From: the human T2T-CHM13v2.0 reference genome, Homo sapiens
Assembly: GCF_009914755.1 (NCBI RefSeq)
Contig: NC_060927.1
Strand: one strand, 5' to 3'
DNA length: 64,000 nucleotides
Numbering within the stretch: the stretch's first letter is position 1; each line of letters starts with the position of its first letter. The notes under the pieces are model-generated. The model saw only the letters and a list, made by a program, of their open reading frames with translations. It was not told where the DNA came from and did not search any database. This document shows, one piece after another, positions 26,368 to 38,990 of this stretch. A program made the position numbers and the translations under genes.

Positions 26368-29300
26368 ATGAGAAAAGGTGAGTGATATGCGGACCAAAAG
26401 ATCTTTTACCCTTTTGCTTCTAAGCCTTTTTTTCCTTGGACTTCTTATGAGGGTAGAGGAAACCAGGCACCACCACACCCCAACAGCTGCAGGTGACCAC
26501 AGGATGAATGGGTGAATGGTGGCTATGGCCTAAAGGCCCCAGGTGGCAGGCTGGCCTGCATTCCCCACCTTAAGTCTCTTCCTCTTGGAGGAATCCATTT
26601 GCATAAGAATGAGAGGTTCTTCCCCAGGTACCTTTTTCTTCTCTCCAACCTGTCAGCAGTTAACACAGCTCTGCGTTTAAGCTGTTTTTTTTTTGTTGTT
26701 TTTTTTTTTCTCCACCAGGTCAGGAGTTAACTTTTTTAAAAGAAGCATTTTTTTTTTTCTTTTTAAAAGATGTTATACTATGCCAGGAGTGATAAGGATC
26801 ACTGTTTATATTATCTGTAAAGTTTGAATTATGAAAAAGGATTTGTGAGGTTGGCCTTAAGCTGTAGCCAATCTCGTGTGCTTTGCATGTGTTTCTGTTT
26901 GGTCAGTAGCAAACTTTGCTGCAGGCCTCCATCTTGTGTTATGTCCTTGAAAGTGTGACCTGTAACTACGTGGAAATGCTTTGTTGTAACCTCTGCCATT
27001 TCACAATGGCAGCCCTGGTTAAATCCTAACTTAGGGAATGAGTCCTTTCTGGTTTGATATCTGCATGACCTTTTGACATTTGTTGATTCTTTTCCTCTCC
27101 ACAAACCACCTTGAATTTTCCCTTCTCTGAGCCTTTAGTGAAGGTTGAAAGCCAGAAATATTGGTCACTTTACTTGACTAAAGCCAGATAACAAGGGATT
27201 TAAAAGGATATTCTGAAAGAGTGCTCTGCTTAATTAAAAGTGGATATCCAAGTTATAGGTATATTTAAAAGGCCTTTATGTTTTTCTCTTCCTAGATTGT
27301 ATTTTGCTAAGAAAGTTTTTTTTTTTCTCAGTAAACTACATTCTTTTTCTGCATTTTGTATTGCCACTCTTAATGCATGCATGAGAGGCCCTAAGATAAC
27401 TCCTGGGGACATGGGACTCCTTGGGAAAAACAGAGAAGGCACCATTGACCCTGTTTTGTGGAGAAACCTGTTTTACTCATGGAACCCCAGGAATGAAAAG
27501 CAGATAGATCCCTCTCAAAATCTGTTCTTGCCTCCCAGCTATGCCTGTTTTTAGGCCTTAGGAAGTGCATGTTTTCCTAGTCCTGTCTCTTAAAGAGCTC
27601 CATCCCAGAGGCCTTAAAGATTATAGGTAAAATGCAGATGTCAAACTGCAAATTTTTTACTAGGTTTAAAGAATTGTTTTGAATTACATAAAATAAAGCT
27701 AAAAGTTCAAACAAGTTGTGAAAGGGTTGTAAAATTTAATCTTGCAAAGGAAGTTCTGTGTGAACATATTGACTAACTTCAAAAAGCTATTATATGGTTT
27801 TTCTGTAAATTGAGCATTGAAATACAACCACAACAAGGTACTCTTAAGGCACTAATCTGTTCTTTAGCAAAATTTGTAAAGGGTTCTAAAAGGTTTTTGC
27901 TTTTTTTAAATTTCTGAGTCCTCATTTCAGCAAAATAAATGACTTATGGTAGTCTGAAATTCTATTTCATAATATTACATGTTTTAAATCTCTAACATTT
28001 AATAGGCTTCCCAAAATCAAACTTTGGTTTCAAAATTGTCTTTCCTGACACCTGGCTTTTGGATGTTACAGAGGCCCCCTGGGGTATCCAGAAGAGAGGT
28101 AAACAAGATTACCTGACAGGTTTTAGGTACATGGGATTGCCAAAATTCTATTCAATCTTGTTTAGGTTATATTTTAGCGAATAATATTAATACATATTCC
28201 AAAATTATATGGGATTTCTAAAATTCTAATGTCTAAGTATATGCTATTAATCACAGTCAAGGTTGTTATGTTAAATTGTTGTAAATCATGGGTATAACCA
28301 AATTTCTTTGACAATAATTTTTCTCACTGTACTATCCTAGACATTTTGTTACTCACTGACAACTGTTGTCTTGTTTTTATCCTCTTCAAATGATGGTTTA
28401 TAATCACCGATAGAACTTTGACAGGTGCTTTAAAACACAGGTTTCTGATAACTTTGGAGATTGTGACATTGGATTAAAGGAAAAATGTACAGGACTCATA
28501 AAGAGCTCAAATGTTCATGAGTATCAAGCAAAACAAGAATAAACTGAATGGACTGAACTAATTAGACAACTGAAGTAAACTTTTGAAGCATTGTTGATTC
28601 TTGTTTTGTTTATCAGAGTCAAGGAAACTTATTTTCAGCTATTTACAGCCTCTAATAATTGAGTAAGGTATACTCTTGTGAACAAAACTTGGAGCATATT
28701 TATCTCTCTCTTTCTGCCTAGCTTCTCCAGAATTTGGAAACTAGTTATGAGTATTTTTGACTTATGGCAATATAGTTGTTTGCATCAGTGCAATAAGAAT
28801 CCATTTTCTTTTGCAACAGGATGCAATGGAGAAAATGTTTGTTTTACAAAGGCTTTGACTGGAAGGCTGTGCTACCCTTTAAGGAGTCAAGCTTGACTTG
28901 CAGAGCTGATAAAAGTCCTTTGGGAAAACTGTCCTCATACCTTGTCTACAGAATCCCTGTACAGGGTTCCTGACCTGTGGTAAGTAAAGAATGTCACTTT
29001 CTGACAGGCCCAAGGGTTCCAAGTTTATCTTGTGACCTTAAGAGGAAAGGATGACCCAACTCACAGGTATTTGAGGAGACAAACCCATGGCTAAGCTCAG
29101 CCTTAGAAAGTCCTATCTGAGATTCCTTGTGGAACAGAGTTCCATGAAAGCCCATCTAAAAGGCCTATGTAAAGATAATTATTCTTGCTGCACTTTATGC
29201 AAATAATCGGGCCAAGTATAAGATGAAAGTCTATTTTGCAAACAACTCAGTCCTATTATTATTAGTTTTTAACAAAAATGAGGATGGGAGAGAGAAAAAT

Positions 29301-30454
29301 TATGTTTGAAAACTTATCATACATTCATCATTAAATTCTAGACTCAGTTGTTTTAGGTTCTTGCCTACATTTTAGACTAACCCTGCTTGTGCCTGTGAAC
29401 CATCCAGTAATTTTTAAGGGCATTCAGAAGGAACAGAGGGGATGGGTAATGTAAAAGTCTAGATCAATATTCTAGTTTTGAGCCATTATCCTGCAAAAGC
29501 TGTCAGGCAATGAGAATAAATAGGGTGCCCATCACCTGGAGGTTTCCTTTTTGGGAAAGTAAAACCAAGGGAGCTAACCAAAGCCAAGCTCCATGCATCC
29601 AAATATTAGCAGACATAACTATAGCCACCAGTTATCTGGGCATGTCACAGGACATCCTTTTCTCTCACTCGTTGGAGGAGAACTCAATTTAACAGGTTCA
29701 ACTTAGCATTTGGCTTACAGTAATGAGTCCATGCAACCTTCCCGAGACACATTTTTGTCCCAATCTCAATTCCAAGTTTCAGGTTGAAGCCCTAGGACAG
29801 AAAACTGGATCTGAGGGATCCAGAGGCTGATGATAAAGGAAGTTAAAAGGCACAGTGCAGGTGAGCATGATTAAGCTCCTACCAATTAAGCCAAGCTTCC
29901 CATTTCATGAATAAAGGTCATGCTAGTATCCATGGCATAAATGAGGTCTAGGGAATTCAAAGGCCACTGACAGCAGGGGAAATAGCCATACATGGGTAAG
30001 AGCAGATATCCCACCTTCTAAGCCCCCCTGTTAACATAGGTGAAAACTGCTTTGACACCCATGGGTAGCACCCTGTTGTAGTCTCTGGGACTCATAGAAA
30101 CAAGGATGGAAGAAAGAAAGAGTAACACCTCACTTTCTCTCCGTCACGTATGTTGGGTATTTGCTAAGAAGAGAAGGGAATTGGGACACCTTACTCTCCT
30201 CTTTCTAGATGAGTAGCCATGCATTTTCAGTCTTGAACCCCTGGGACTCCTTTGAAAAAATGCCTTCCTTTTCCTTCTTCCTCCTCTGTCCTCTCTTCAC
30301 TGATAGGTAATTGTGTCTCATACTATGGGACACTCCCCTCAGATGCATCCTCCAAATTGGGAAAAGTTAATTCCCCAAACCTTAAACTGGTTGGTTTAGG
30401 ATTGGGCTCAAGGCAAAGAAACCCAGAAGCCTGACATGCTGGCAAAAGGGTAGA

Positions 30455-30458
<4 letters not shown>

Positions 30459-30496
<38 letters not shown>
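30459..30496 (+). repeat. (TG)19 microsatellite inside the provirus
   Basis: Perfect TG run. Confidence 0.97.
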
Positions 30497-30499
<3 letters not shown>

Positions 30500-30653
30500 C
30501 TTTTCTTTTTTTTTTTTCTTACCAGTTGGGCTTTTAACCTCCTTCTCACTGTGAAAACTGGTAAAAGGCCTCAACTTTTTGAACTCTCCTTTCCCCCACT
30601 TGTTTTGTTTTGATATATGTTTTCTAATAACCTGGTTTGCCTCTTCTCACCTT

Positions 30654-30745
30654 CAGGCCATCAAACTCTAAATGGTCATTCAACTGGAGCCTCAGATGAT
30701 GGCCCTTTTTGCCAGGGATGTTTAAATAGGCCTCTGAGGGACATC
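30654..30745 (+). pseudogene. env cytoplasmic-tail relic
   Basis: caggccatcaaactctaaatggtcattcaactggagcctcagatg reads QAIKL*MVIQLEPQM, like the ERV1 env tail motif (I)EAVKLQM-EP-M. Confidence 0.7.
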
Positions 30746-30864
30746 AGACTGCTATTTTCCCTAAACAGCATCCCTTGCCATCAGGAAGCAGTTAAGATCA
30801 GTCCTCATACCTCTTCTTACTCTTATTCTAACGGCAGTTAGATGTACTTCTTAGAGTGGGGCGA

Positions 30865-31206
30865 TGATAGATGCAGGAGGTAGATAAGGAGGAGGTTTCC
30901 CAGATAATCTCCAACCCACCTGCACACTGGGAGAAGGGGGTGGAGTCATGGGAAGTTTGCGCCTTGTGCAGTGGGGAGAAGCCTGACTCTTCAGCTCATG
31001 TGTGGTGGTATGGAATTCATTCTGTGAGATGGAAGCATACTGTCAGGATCCTCTCTTGCTTTTCTGAAAGTTTTTCTTTTTTTTTTGCCTTTTTGCCCAA
31101 TAAATTATCCTCTACTTACCCTTCAATATGTCCACATGCCTAATGTTTCCTGGTCATGTGACAAGAACCGAGTTTTAGCTAAACTAAGGAGCAAAGTTCT
31201 GCATCA
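30865..31206 (+). repeat. 3' LTR (MER61A-like)
   Basis: Preceded by PPT agagtggggcga; AATAAA at 31099-31104. Confidence 0.92.
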
Positions 31207-32480
31207 ACTGGATATTACTACTAATAAAAGTTTCAGCGTAACTGGAAAATATAATAATTGTAAACATTCAGACAGCTAAGAATAGATCATTAATGTATAT
31301 GAAGAAAAAGGTAACCAAATTAGAGAGAAATAGACAGTTCTACATTAAGAGTTGAAGACTTCAATACCTCACTCTTAATAACACATAGAATAAAATAGAC
31401 AAAAATAAGTGAGGAAACAGAGAGCTTTAACAGCATCATGAACCACCTAGATATAACAGACATATACAGAACACTGTATCCAATAACAACAACATACACA
31501 TTTTTCTCAAACGCACAAAGAATGTTTTCCAAGACAGACTATATGTTTAGGTCACAAATTAGTCCCAATGTATTTAAAATATAGATTTTATACACAGTAT
31601 TTTTTTATCACAATGGGATAAAGTTATAAATCAGTAACAAAAATAAAACTGGAAAATTCACATTTTTTTAGAAATTAAATAATGTATTCAAACAGTAGAT
31701 CAAAAAATTACAAACTATATTAGAAAATACTTAGAGAACAATGAATAAAAACAGAACATGGCAAAACATGGGATACAGCAAAAGCAGTGTTAAGGAAGAA
31801 TTAGTAGCTGTAAATATTTACGTGACAAACAAAGAACAATTTCAAATAAACAACCTAGATTTACAACTAAAACTTATTTTAAAAAAGAACAAACTGAACA
31901 CAAAGCTAGCAGAAAATAGGAAGTAATAAAAATTAGAGCAGAGATAAATGACATAGAGAATAGCCAAACAATAGAGAAAAATTAATTCAAGCAAAAGTTG
32001 CTTCTCTAAACAATCAACAAATTTAACAGAAATTTAGCTAGCTGGATTAAGAAAATAAAGGTAGAAGACTAAATTACTAAAACCAGAATTGAAAATGGGT
32101 ACATTACTACTGATTCTACAGAAAATTAAAACTATTGTAACAGAGGTCTATGAATAAATATACACCAACAGATTAGATAACCTAGAAGAAATGGACAGAT
32201 TTCTAGAAAAAAAAAAAACCTACCAAAAGAGACTCACTAAGAAATAAAAAAAATCTGAATAGAACTGTAGCAAAGTGATTGAATCAGTAAATTAATATCT
32301 TCTGGCAAAGAAAAGACCAGGAGCTGGTGACTTCACTGGTAATTTTTTCCAAACATTAAAAGAGAAATAAAATTAATTTCTCTCAAACTTCTACCAAAAA
32401 TTTTCAGGTGATGGAAAATTTTGTAATATATTCTGTGAGGCCAACATTAACCTGATACCAAAGACAGACAAGAACACTTC

Positions 32481-32658
32481 AGAAAAGAAAGAGAAAGAGA
32501 AAGAAAAGGAAAGAAAGAAAGAAAGAGAGAGAAAGAAAAGAGAGAGAAAGATGGAGAGAGAAGAAAGAAGAAAGAAAAAGAAAGAGACAGAAGGAAGGAA
32601 GGACGAAAGGAAGGAAGGAAGGAAAGAAAGAAAGAAAAAAGAAAGAGAGAAAGGGAGA
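32481..32658 (+). repeat. GA-rich (GAAA/GGAA) low-complexity tract
   Basis: Nearly pure purine run. Confidence 0.95.
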
Positions 32659-32975
32659 GGCCGGGTGTCGTGGCTCATGCCTGTAATCCTAGGACTTCAG
32701 GAGGCCAAGGCAGGCAGATCACTTGAGGTCAGGAGTTTGAGACCAGCCTGGCCAAAATGGTGAAACCCCATCTCTAAAAGAAAACAAACAAACAAACAAA
32801 CAAACAAAAACATAGCCAGGCATCATGGCACATGCCTGTAATCTCAGCTACTTGGGAGGCTGAGGCCAGAGAATTGCTAGAACCCAGGAAGTGGAGGTTG
32901 CAGTGAGCCAAGATCATGACACTGCACTCCAGCCTGAGTGAGACTCCTGAGTGAGACAGAGTGAGACTCCATCTC
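32659..32975 (+). mobile_element. AluS (Sz-like)
   Basis: Full dimer with gatcacttgaggtcaggag; (AAAC)n in the linker. Confidence 0.93.
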
Positions 32976-33340
32976 GAAAGAAAGAAGAGAGAAAGAAAGA
33001 AGAAATAGAGAAAGAGAGAGAAAGAAGAAATGAGGAAGGAAGGAAGCAAGGAAGAAAGGAAGGAAGGAAGGTAGGAAGGAAGGTAGGAAGAAAGGAAGGA
33101 AGGAAGGAAAGAAGGAGAAAGAAAGAAAGCAAGAAAGCAAGACGGAAGGAAAAGGGAAGGTGATTGCATGGAAAGGAAGGGAGGAAGTTATGGAGGGAGG
33201 GGAAAAAAGGAAGAAAGAAAAGAAGGAAGAAAAAAAGAAAAAAGGAAAGAAAACAGAAGGAAGGAGGGAGGGAGGAAAGGAAGGAAGGAGAGAGAAAGAA
33301 GAAAGAAAGAAAAGAAAGGAAGGAAGGGAGGAAGGAAGGA
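32976..33340 (+). repeat. GA-rich (GAAA/GGAA) low-complexity tract
   Basis: About 360-bp purine-rich run replacing the Alu tail. Confidence 0.95.
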
Positions 33341-33518
33341 CATGCCAATATCTTTTATGAAATATAAACAAAAATATCAACAATATGCTAGCAAACATAA
33401 TTTAGCATCATATTAAAATAATTTCACACAATGACCAAGTGGTTTTTATTCTTATAATGCAAATATAATTCAACATATAAAAATGTAAGGCACCACATTA
33501 ATCAAATAAAGGAAAAAC

Positions 33519-33823
<305 letters not shown>

Positions 33824-35348
33824 AAATAAAGGAAAACCAACAAAATGATCTCAATAGATGCTGATAAAGAGTTTGACAAAATCAACACACTTTTATGATA
33901 AAAATATTCAACAAATTAGCATTATAAGGAAACTACTACAACATAGTAAAAGCTATATATTAAAAAAACTCACAGCAAACATCATACACAATGATGAAAG
34001 ACTGAAGGCTTTTTCTCTGAAATGACAAAGCCAAGGATGCCTGCTTTTGTCACATCTGTAAAATTAATACATGAAATGCTAGCTAGAGCAATTAGACAAG
34101 AGAAAGAAATAAAAGGCATTCAAACTGGAAAGAAGAAAGTAATCTGTGTTTGCAAATGATGTGATCTTGTATATTAAAAACCTTGGGGATTTCACAAAAA
34201 AAAATCACACAGTAAAAACTGTTAGAACTAACAACATGAGTTTAGCAAAGCAGCAGGGTAGGAACTCAAAACAGAAAACTCAGTTGCATCTCTATACACT
34301 AATCATGAACAATCTCAAAAGGAAATTATGCAAACAATTTTATGTAAAATAGTTTCAAAAACTAGAAAATACTTAGAAATTAATCAAAGAGGTAAAAACT
34401 TGTACAATGAAAACCACAAAATATTGTTGAAAGAAATTAAAAGCAATGTAAATAACTAGACACATACTTCATGTTGGTGGATTGGTATAATTAATATTGT
34501 TAAGTTGTACAAACTTCCTAAAGTGACCTACAGATTCAGTGTAATACCTATTAAAATCCCAAAAATATTTTTTGCAGAAATCAAAAACCTGTCTTAAAAT
34601 TCTTATAGGACATCAGGAATACCAGTAGTCAAAAGCTTCTTAAGAAAGGAAAACAAAGCTAGAGGACTTTTCAAAAGTCACTACAAAGCTACAGTAATCA
34701 AAATAGTGTGGTACTAACATAAAGACAGGCATATAGACCAGTGGAATAAAATAGTGAAGACATGAACTCTGCCATATAAGGTGAAATGTATTTTAATAAG
34801 GATGCCAAGAGGGAAAAAGATGGTCTCTTAAACAAAGAGTTGTGAAAACAGAATATCCACCTGCAAAAAAAAAAAAAAAAATTGGATCCTTACATAATAC
34901 CATACACAAAAGCCAATTCAAAATGGATCAGCTACCTAAATGTAAGACCCTAACATTATAAAACTCTTAGAAAGAAACTAGGAACATAAAAAAAATGCTG
35001 TACAACATTGTATTTAGCAAAGATTTCTAGAATATGACACCAAAGGCACAGGCAACGAATGAAAAAAATACACAAATTGAACATCAAAAAATTTTAAAAT
35101 TTGTGCCATGAAAAATACTATCAACAGGGTAAAAAGCAACCCACAGAATGGTAGACAATATTTGAAAATTATATATTTAATAAATAATTAATATGCAGAA
35201 TATATAAATAAAACTCTTAAAACTCAACAACAGCATCACCACAGACAATCCAATTAAAAAATACACAAAGGACTTGAATAGACATTCCTCCAAAGAAGAT
35301 TTAAAAATGGCCAGTAGGCAGACAAAAAGATTCTCAATGGTCACTAAG

Positions 35349-35714
35349 TGCTATGGTTTGAATGTGTCTTCAAAGTCCATTTATTCCAAACTTAATCCTC
35401 AATGCCACAGTGTTGAGAAATGGGATTTTTAATAGGCAGAGACTTCATGAATGTATTAATGCTGTTAATACCATGACAGTTGGTAGGTTATCACGGGAAT
35501 GAGTTCCTGATGAAAGGATAAATGTTGCCTCCTTACTTACTCACAGACTTCTGCTTCTGCCATGGGATGTTGCAGCAGGAGGTAGCTAAGCAGTTGCAAC
35601 CCCTCAATTCTAGATGGCTCAGCCTCCAAAACTGTGAAACAAATAAACTTCTATTATTTACATATTACCTGGTCTCAGATATTCTGTGCTAGCAGCAGAA
35701 AATGGACTGGTACA
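35349..35714 (+). mobile_element. MSTD-like MaLR solo LTR
   Basis: tgctatggtttgaatgtgtc...cttaatcctcaatgccacagtgttg...agcctccaaaactgtg...aaataaacttct...aaatggactggtaca. The L1 reads through across it. Confidence 0.85.
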
Positions 35715-36360
35715 TTAATCATTGTGGAAGTGCAAATCAAAACTAAAATGAAATAATGCCTCACACCCATTTGGATGGCTACTATCAAGAAACAGAAAAT
35801 AATAAGTGTTGACAAAGATGTGAAGAAATTAGAACCCTTGTGCTCTGTTAGTGGAAATATAAAATGGTATAGCTGCTGTGGAAAAGAGTAGAGGATTTTC
35901 TCAAAAAAAAAAAAAAATAGAATTGCCATAGGATCCAGCAATTCTACATCTGATTACATAACAAAAATATTTATAATCACGGTGTTGAAGAGATATTTGT
36001 ACACCATGTTCATATCAGCTCTATTCACAATAGCTGAAATATGGAAGCAACTCAAGTGACCATCTAAGCACAAATAACAAAATGAATGAGTAGAGAAGCA
36101 GAATGTGGTATACACATACAACAAAATATTATTCAGCCTTAAAAAAGAAGAATACTCTGCAATATGTGACATTGTGGATGAACCTGAAAGAAATCATGCT
36201 AAGTGGAATAAGCCAGTCACAAAAAGACAAACTACATGATTCCACTTACATGGGGCGCTTACACTGGTGGTGGTCAGGGAATGGGGAGATTGGGAATAGA
36301 GTCAATGTTTCATAAGTACAGAATTTCAGTGTTACAAGGTGAAAATATTTATGGATATGA

Positions 36361-37420
36361 GCCCTTCAGGGTTTAAGATAGTAGTTTGGTTTAGTCGATT
36401 GGCTTTATTTCTATATGCATTCGGGGGAAAGGCTCAGGTCAGCACTCCTGGGCTGTGTACTCTACCCCTGGATGGCTGGGATCAGGCTCATGGCTTTGTT
36501 CTTTGGCTCTCCATGGTTAAGCACCTGCTGTCCTGGAGGGACTGAGGTGTTCCCAGCCCACTATCAACAACACTCCAATGGGGGCAGCCAGCAAAGGCAC
36601 TCCAGTGGAGCTGCAGTGGGGCCCCACACACATGCACCAGGGGGTAGCAGCAGGTCTCCACGCATGTGTGCACTGGCGGGTCAGCAGCGGGGAGATCTGG
36701 ATGGGTCTCCACTGGCAGAAGACCATCTACAAAAGTGCTTCAATAGGAAGGTGCAGTCGGCCAGCGGAAGGGCTATTGTGGTTGGCACTGGCAAGTTGAA
36801 GCTGGTCTGCAAGTGGGTGTGGGTAGGGAGGGAACCCGGGAGAGGGTGGCAGTCACCAGGGCACTTAGATCCGACTGGCCCCATCCCACAGGCAAGACAG
36901 CCCTGTTCTGTGTAGTTTAGCAGGAAACAAAGGCTAAAGCTGCCTAGGGGAGTATGGCCAGCCTTGGGGAATAGATGTTCATGGTTCATGGTTACGCTCT
37001 ACTGCAGCTGTTCCCAGGCCAAACTTTCTGGACTCTGTACAGGCTGGAGTTCTGTCTCATCCACTGTCCATGCAATTTTCCTGCCATCTCAGATGCCTGT
37101 GGGGTTGTAGAGTCCCCTGAAACTAGGATCCTGAGGGTCTGTGGTGATAGCAGGCCACTATATGCCCATTTCACTTGCTCTTCCAGGAGCCAGTCAGGGC
37201 CAGGAATGAGTTGTGGTGCTGGGTGCTCAGCAACCTTGTGTAGGGTTCCCAGCTTCCTCTTCTTTCAGCCCAGGGTCCCTGTCCTCTCTCTGTTAACTCC
37301 CATTTCCTTCTTTCTGAAAGTCTGTTCAGAGTGTGCTGGTCTACTTGTTGGTCTAGTCTCTCTCAGTGTAAGAAGCTCTTCCTGGCTGCTTCTAGTCGGC
37401 CACCTTGGCTCTTTCCTCTC
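36361..37420 (-). mobile_element. Isolated L1 5'UTR (L1PB/L1MA-era)
   Basis: GC-rich block ending gctgcttctagtcggccaccttgg, the reverse of the L1 start ccaagatggccgactagaagcagc. Confidence 0.8.
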
Positions 37421-37739
37421 ATAGAATTTCACAAATGACAAGTTTATAGAACTTTGCTATTTGATAAGTCAGTATCCCCAAACTCAATAATATTTGTATG
37501 GACATTTTTATACGTATACATTTTCAGATGATCTTCAGAATTAAATTTTCAAATCCCTAAAAGAAAGTACCTTATATTTAATTGAATTATATATATAATA
37601 TTGTGAAGAGCATTTTAAATTATATTTTGCCATTATAAAAATTCATGTTAAAGTTAACTATTCTTTTTTATGTTACCCATATATTTGGAACATAAGTCTC
37701 TAAATATACCTAAAATATTTTATTGTATTCACTGCTGTG

Positions 37740-37885
37740 TTTTTCTGCCTCTCCTGTTGAACTGTATGTGAACTTATCATGAAGGCTTTATTATGTTTAT
37801 TTATGTTAGTAATTTCAGAATTAGCTTAGTGCTTGGAATGTCAGTAGGTATATGAAAACTGTTTGTTACATAAATGAATGAGAGA
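37740..37885 (+). mobile_element. L2 3' end
   Basis: tagcttagtgcttggaatgtcagtaggta...tttgttacataaatgaatg. Confidence 0.6.
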
Positions 37886-37969
37886 CTGAGTAAAATATTT
37901 TTTATGTACTACAGTTTCTCAGAGTATAATAAGATCATACCAAACACAATAATATAAATTTATAAATAA

Positions 37970-38217
37970 TTTTTTTTTTTTGAGACGGAGTTTCGCTCAC
38001 CACAACCTCCACCTCCTGGGTTAAAGTGATTCTCCTGCCTCAGCCTCCTGAATAGCTGGGATTACAGGCATGCGCCACCATGCCCAGCTAATTTTGTTAT
38101 TTTAGTAGAGATGGGGTTTCTCCATGGTGGTCAGGCTAATCTCCTGACCTCAGGTAATCTGCTCGCCTTGGCCTCCAAAAGAGTTGGGATTACAGGCGTG
38201 AGCCAATACACCTGGCC
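37970..38217 (-). mobile_element. AluSp-like with internal deletion
   Basis: gagtttcgctc joined directly to accacaacctcc; tctccatggtggtcaggct; TSD atttataaataat / atttatgaataat. Confidence 0.9.
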
Positions 38218-38829
38218 TATTTATGAATAATTTAATATAGCATGTAGTGAATAGTTTTCTTATCATTTAGCTACATATTTGAAGTTACATGGTTTAATAT
38301 CAGTAGCATTAAGAAATTTAATTTGGGAGCACATTTCAAGCAGACACATGCTGTCATTAGTTTTAGATATTGTTTGCCATTTTGCAATTATAACTCACTT
38401 TTCACAAGAAGAGATATTTTTCATATCACTTGAAATAAAAATTGAGTTATTTTTTGATGTATATATCATAGGAGATTTCTTGATTCTCTGAAGAAAAAGT
38501 ATTCTTCAATGAGACAAATAATGAAGTCTTAAATTTTATTATGAATATCAATAAAATAAAAATGAATCAACAGTAATTGAAAATAACAGATGCAATTAAT
38601 ATTTCATAGAAAAAATGTCATCAGAAATGATAACAAAGTTCTTACACACATATCAAAATGAATTAAATTATATGGGTTTAGCTTGAACAATTTCCACATA
38701 AAAATAAAAGCTATAATTTTTCTAATGTTTTAAAGCTTAATATTAGTTTGGCATATCAAAGGGATCTTTATATATTGTGATTATATCCTTCTGTCATTGA
38801 AAAACATGAATTCTTGTCAAATTATACAA

Positions 38830-38990
38830 TTTTAGAATTATAAAGATGGTTTGGATACTGTACATCTGTCTTCTTTCATTTTAAAGATAAACTGAGAAGT
38901 AAATAACCTGTGAAGGTTACACAGCACAGTGTGGCGGGGCTCTGACTGGAGTACAGATTTTGTGACAAATCCTTTTCAATTAGCCCACCT
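38830..38990 (-). mobile_element. MIR fragment
   Basis: ttcattttaaagataaactgag...aataacctgtgaaggttacacagc. Confidence 0.6.

Larger units (their letters stand above)
25969..31206 (+). mobile_element. Complete non-coding ERV1 provirus, MER61A-like LTRs + MER61-int / MER4-group internal region
   Basis: Two homologous LTRs TGATAGATG...CTGCATCA, exact 4-bp TSD actg (25965-25968 and 31207-31210), PBS after the 5' LTR and PPT before the 3' LTR. The proviral structure is certain; the family name is from recall. Confidence 0.9.

Noticed and set aside
32391-33416. Cluster of overlapping F/S/L-rich and K/E/R-rich ORFs
   Set aside because: Artefacts of stop-free GA-rich repeats and Alu.
36415-37424. 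166- and 149-aa ORFs and a possible CpG-island promoter
   Set aside because: The GC-rich block is an L1 5'UTR with depleted CpG.
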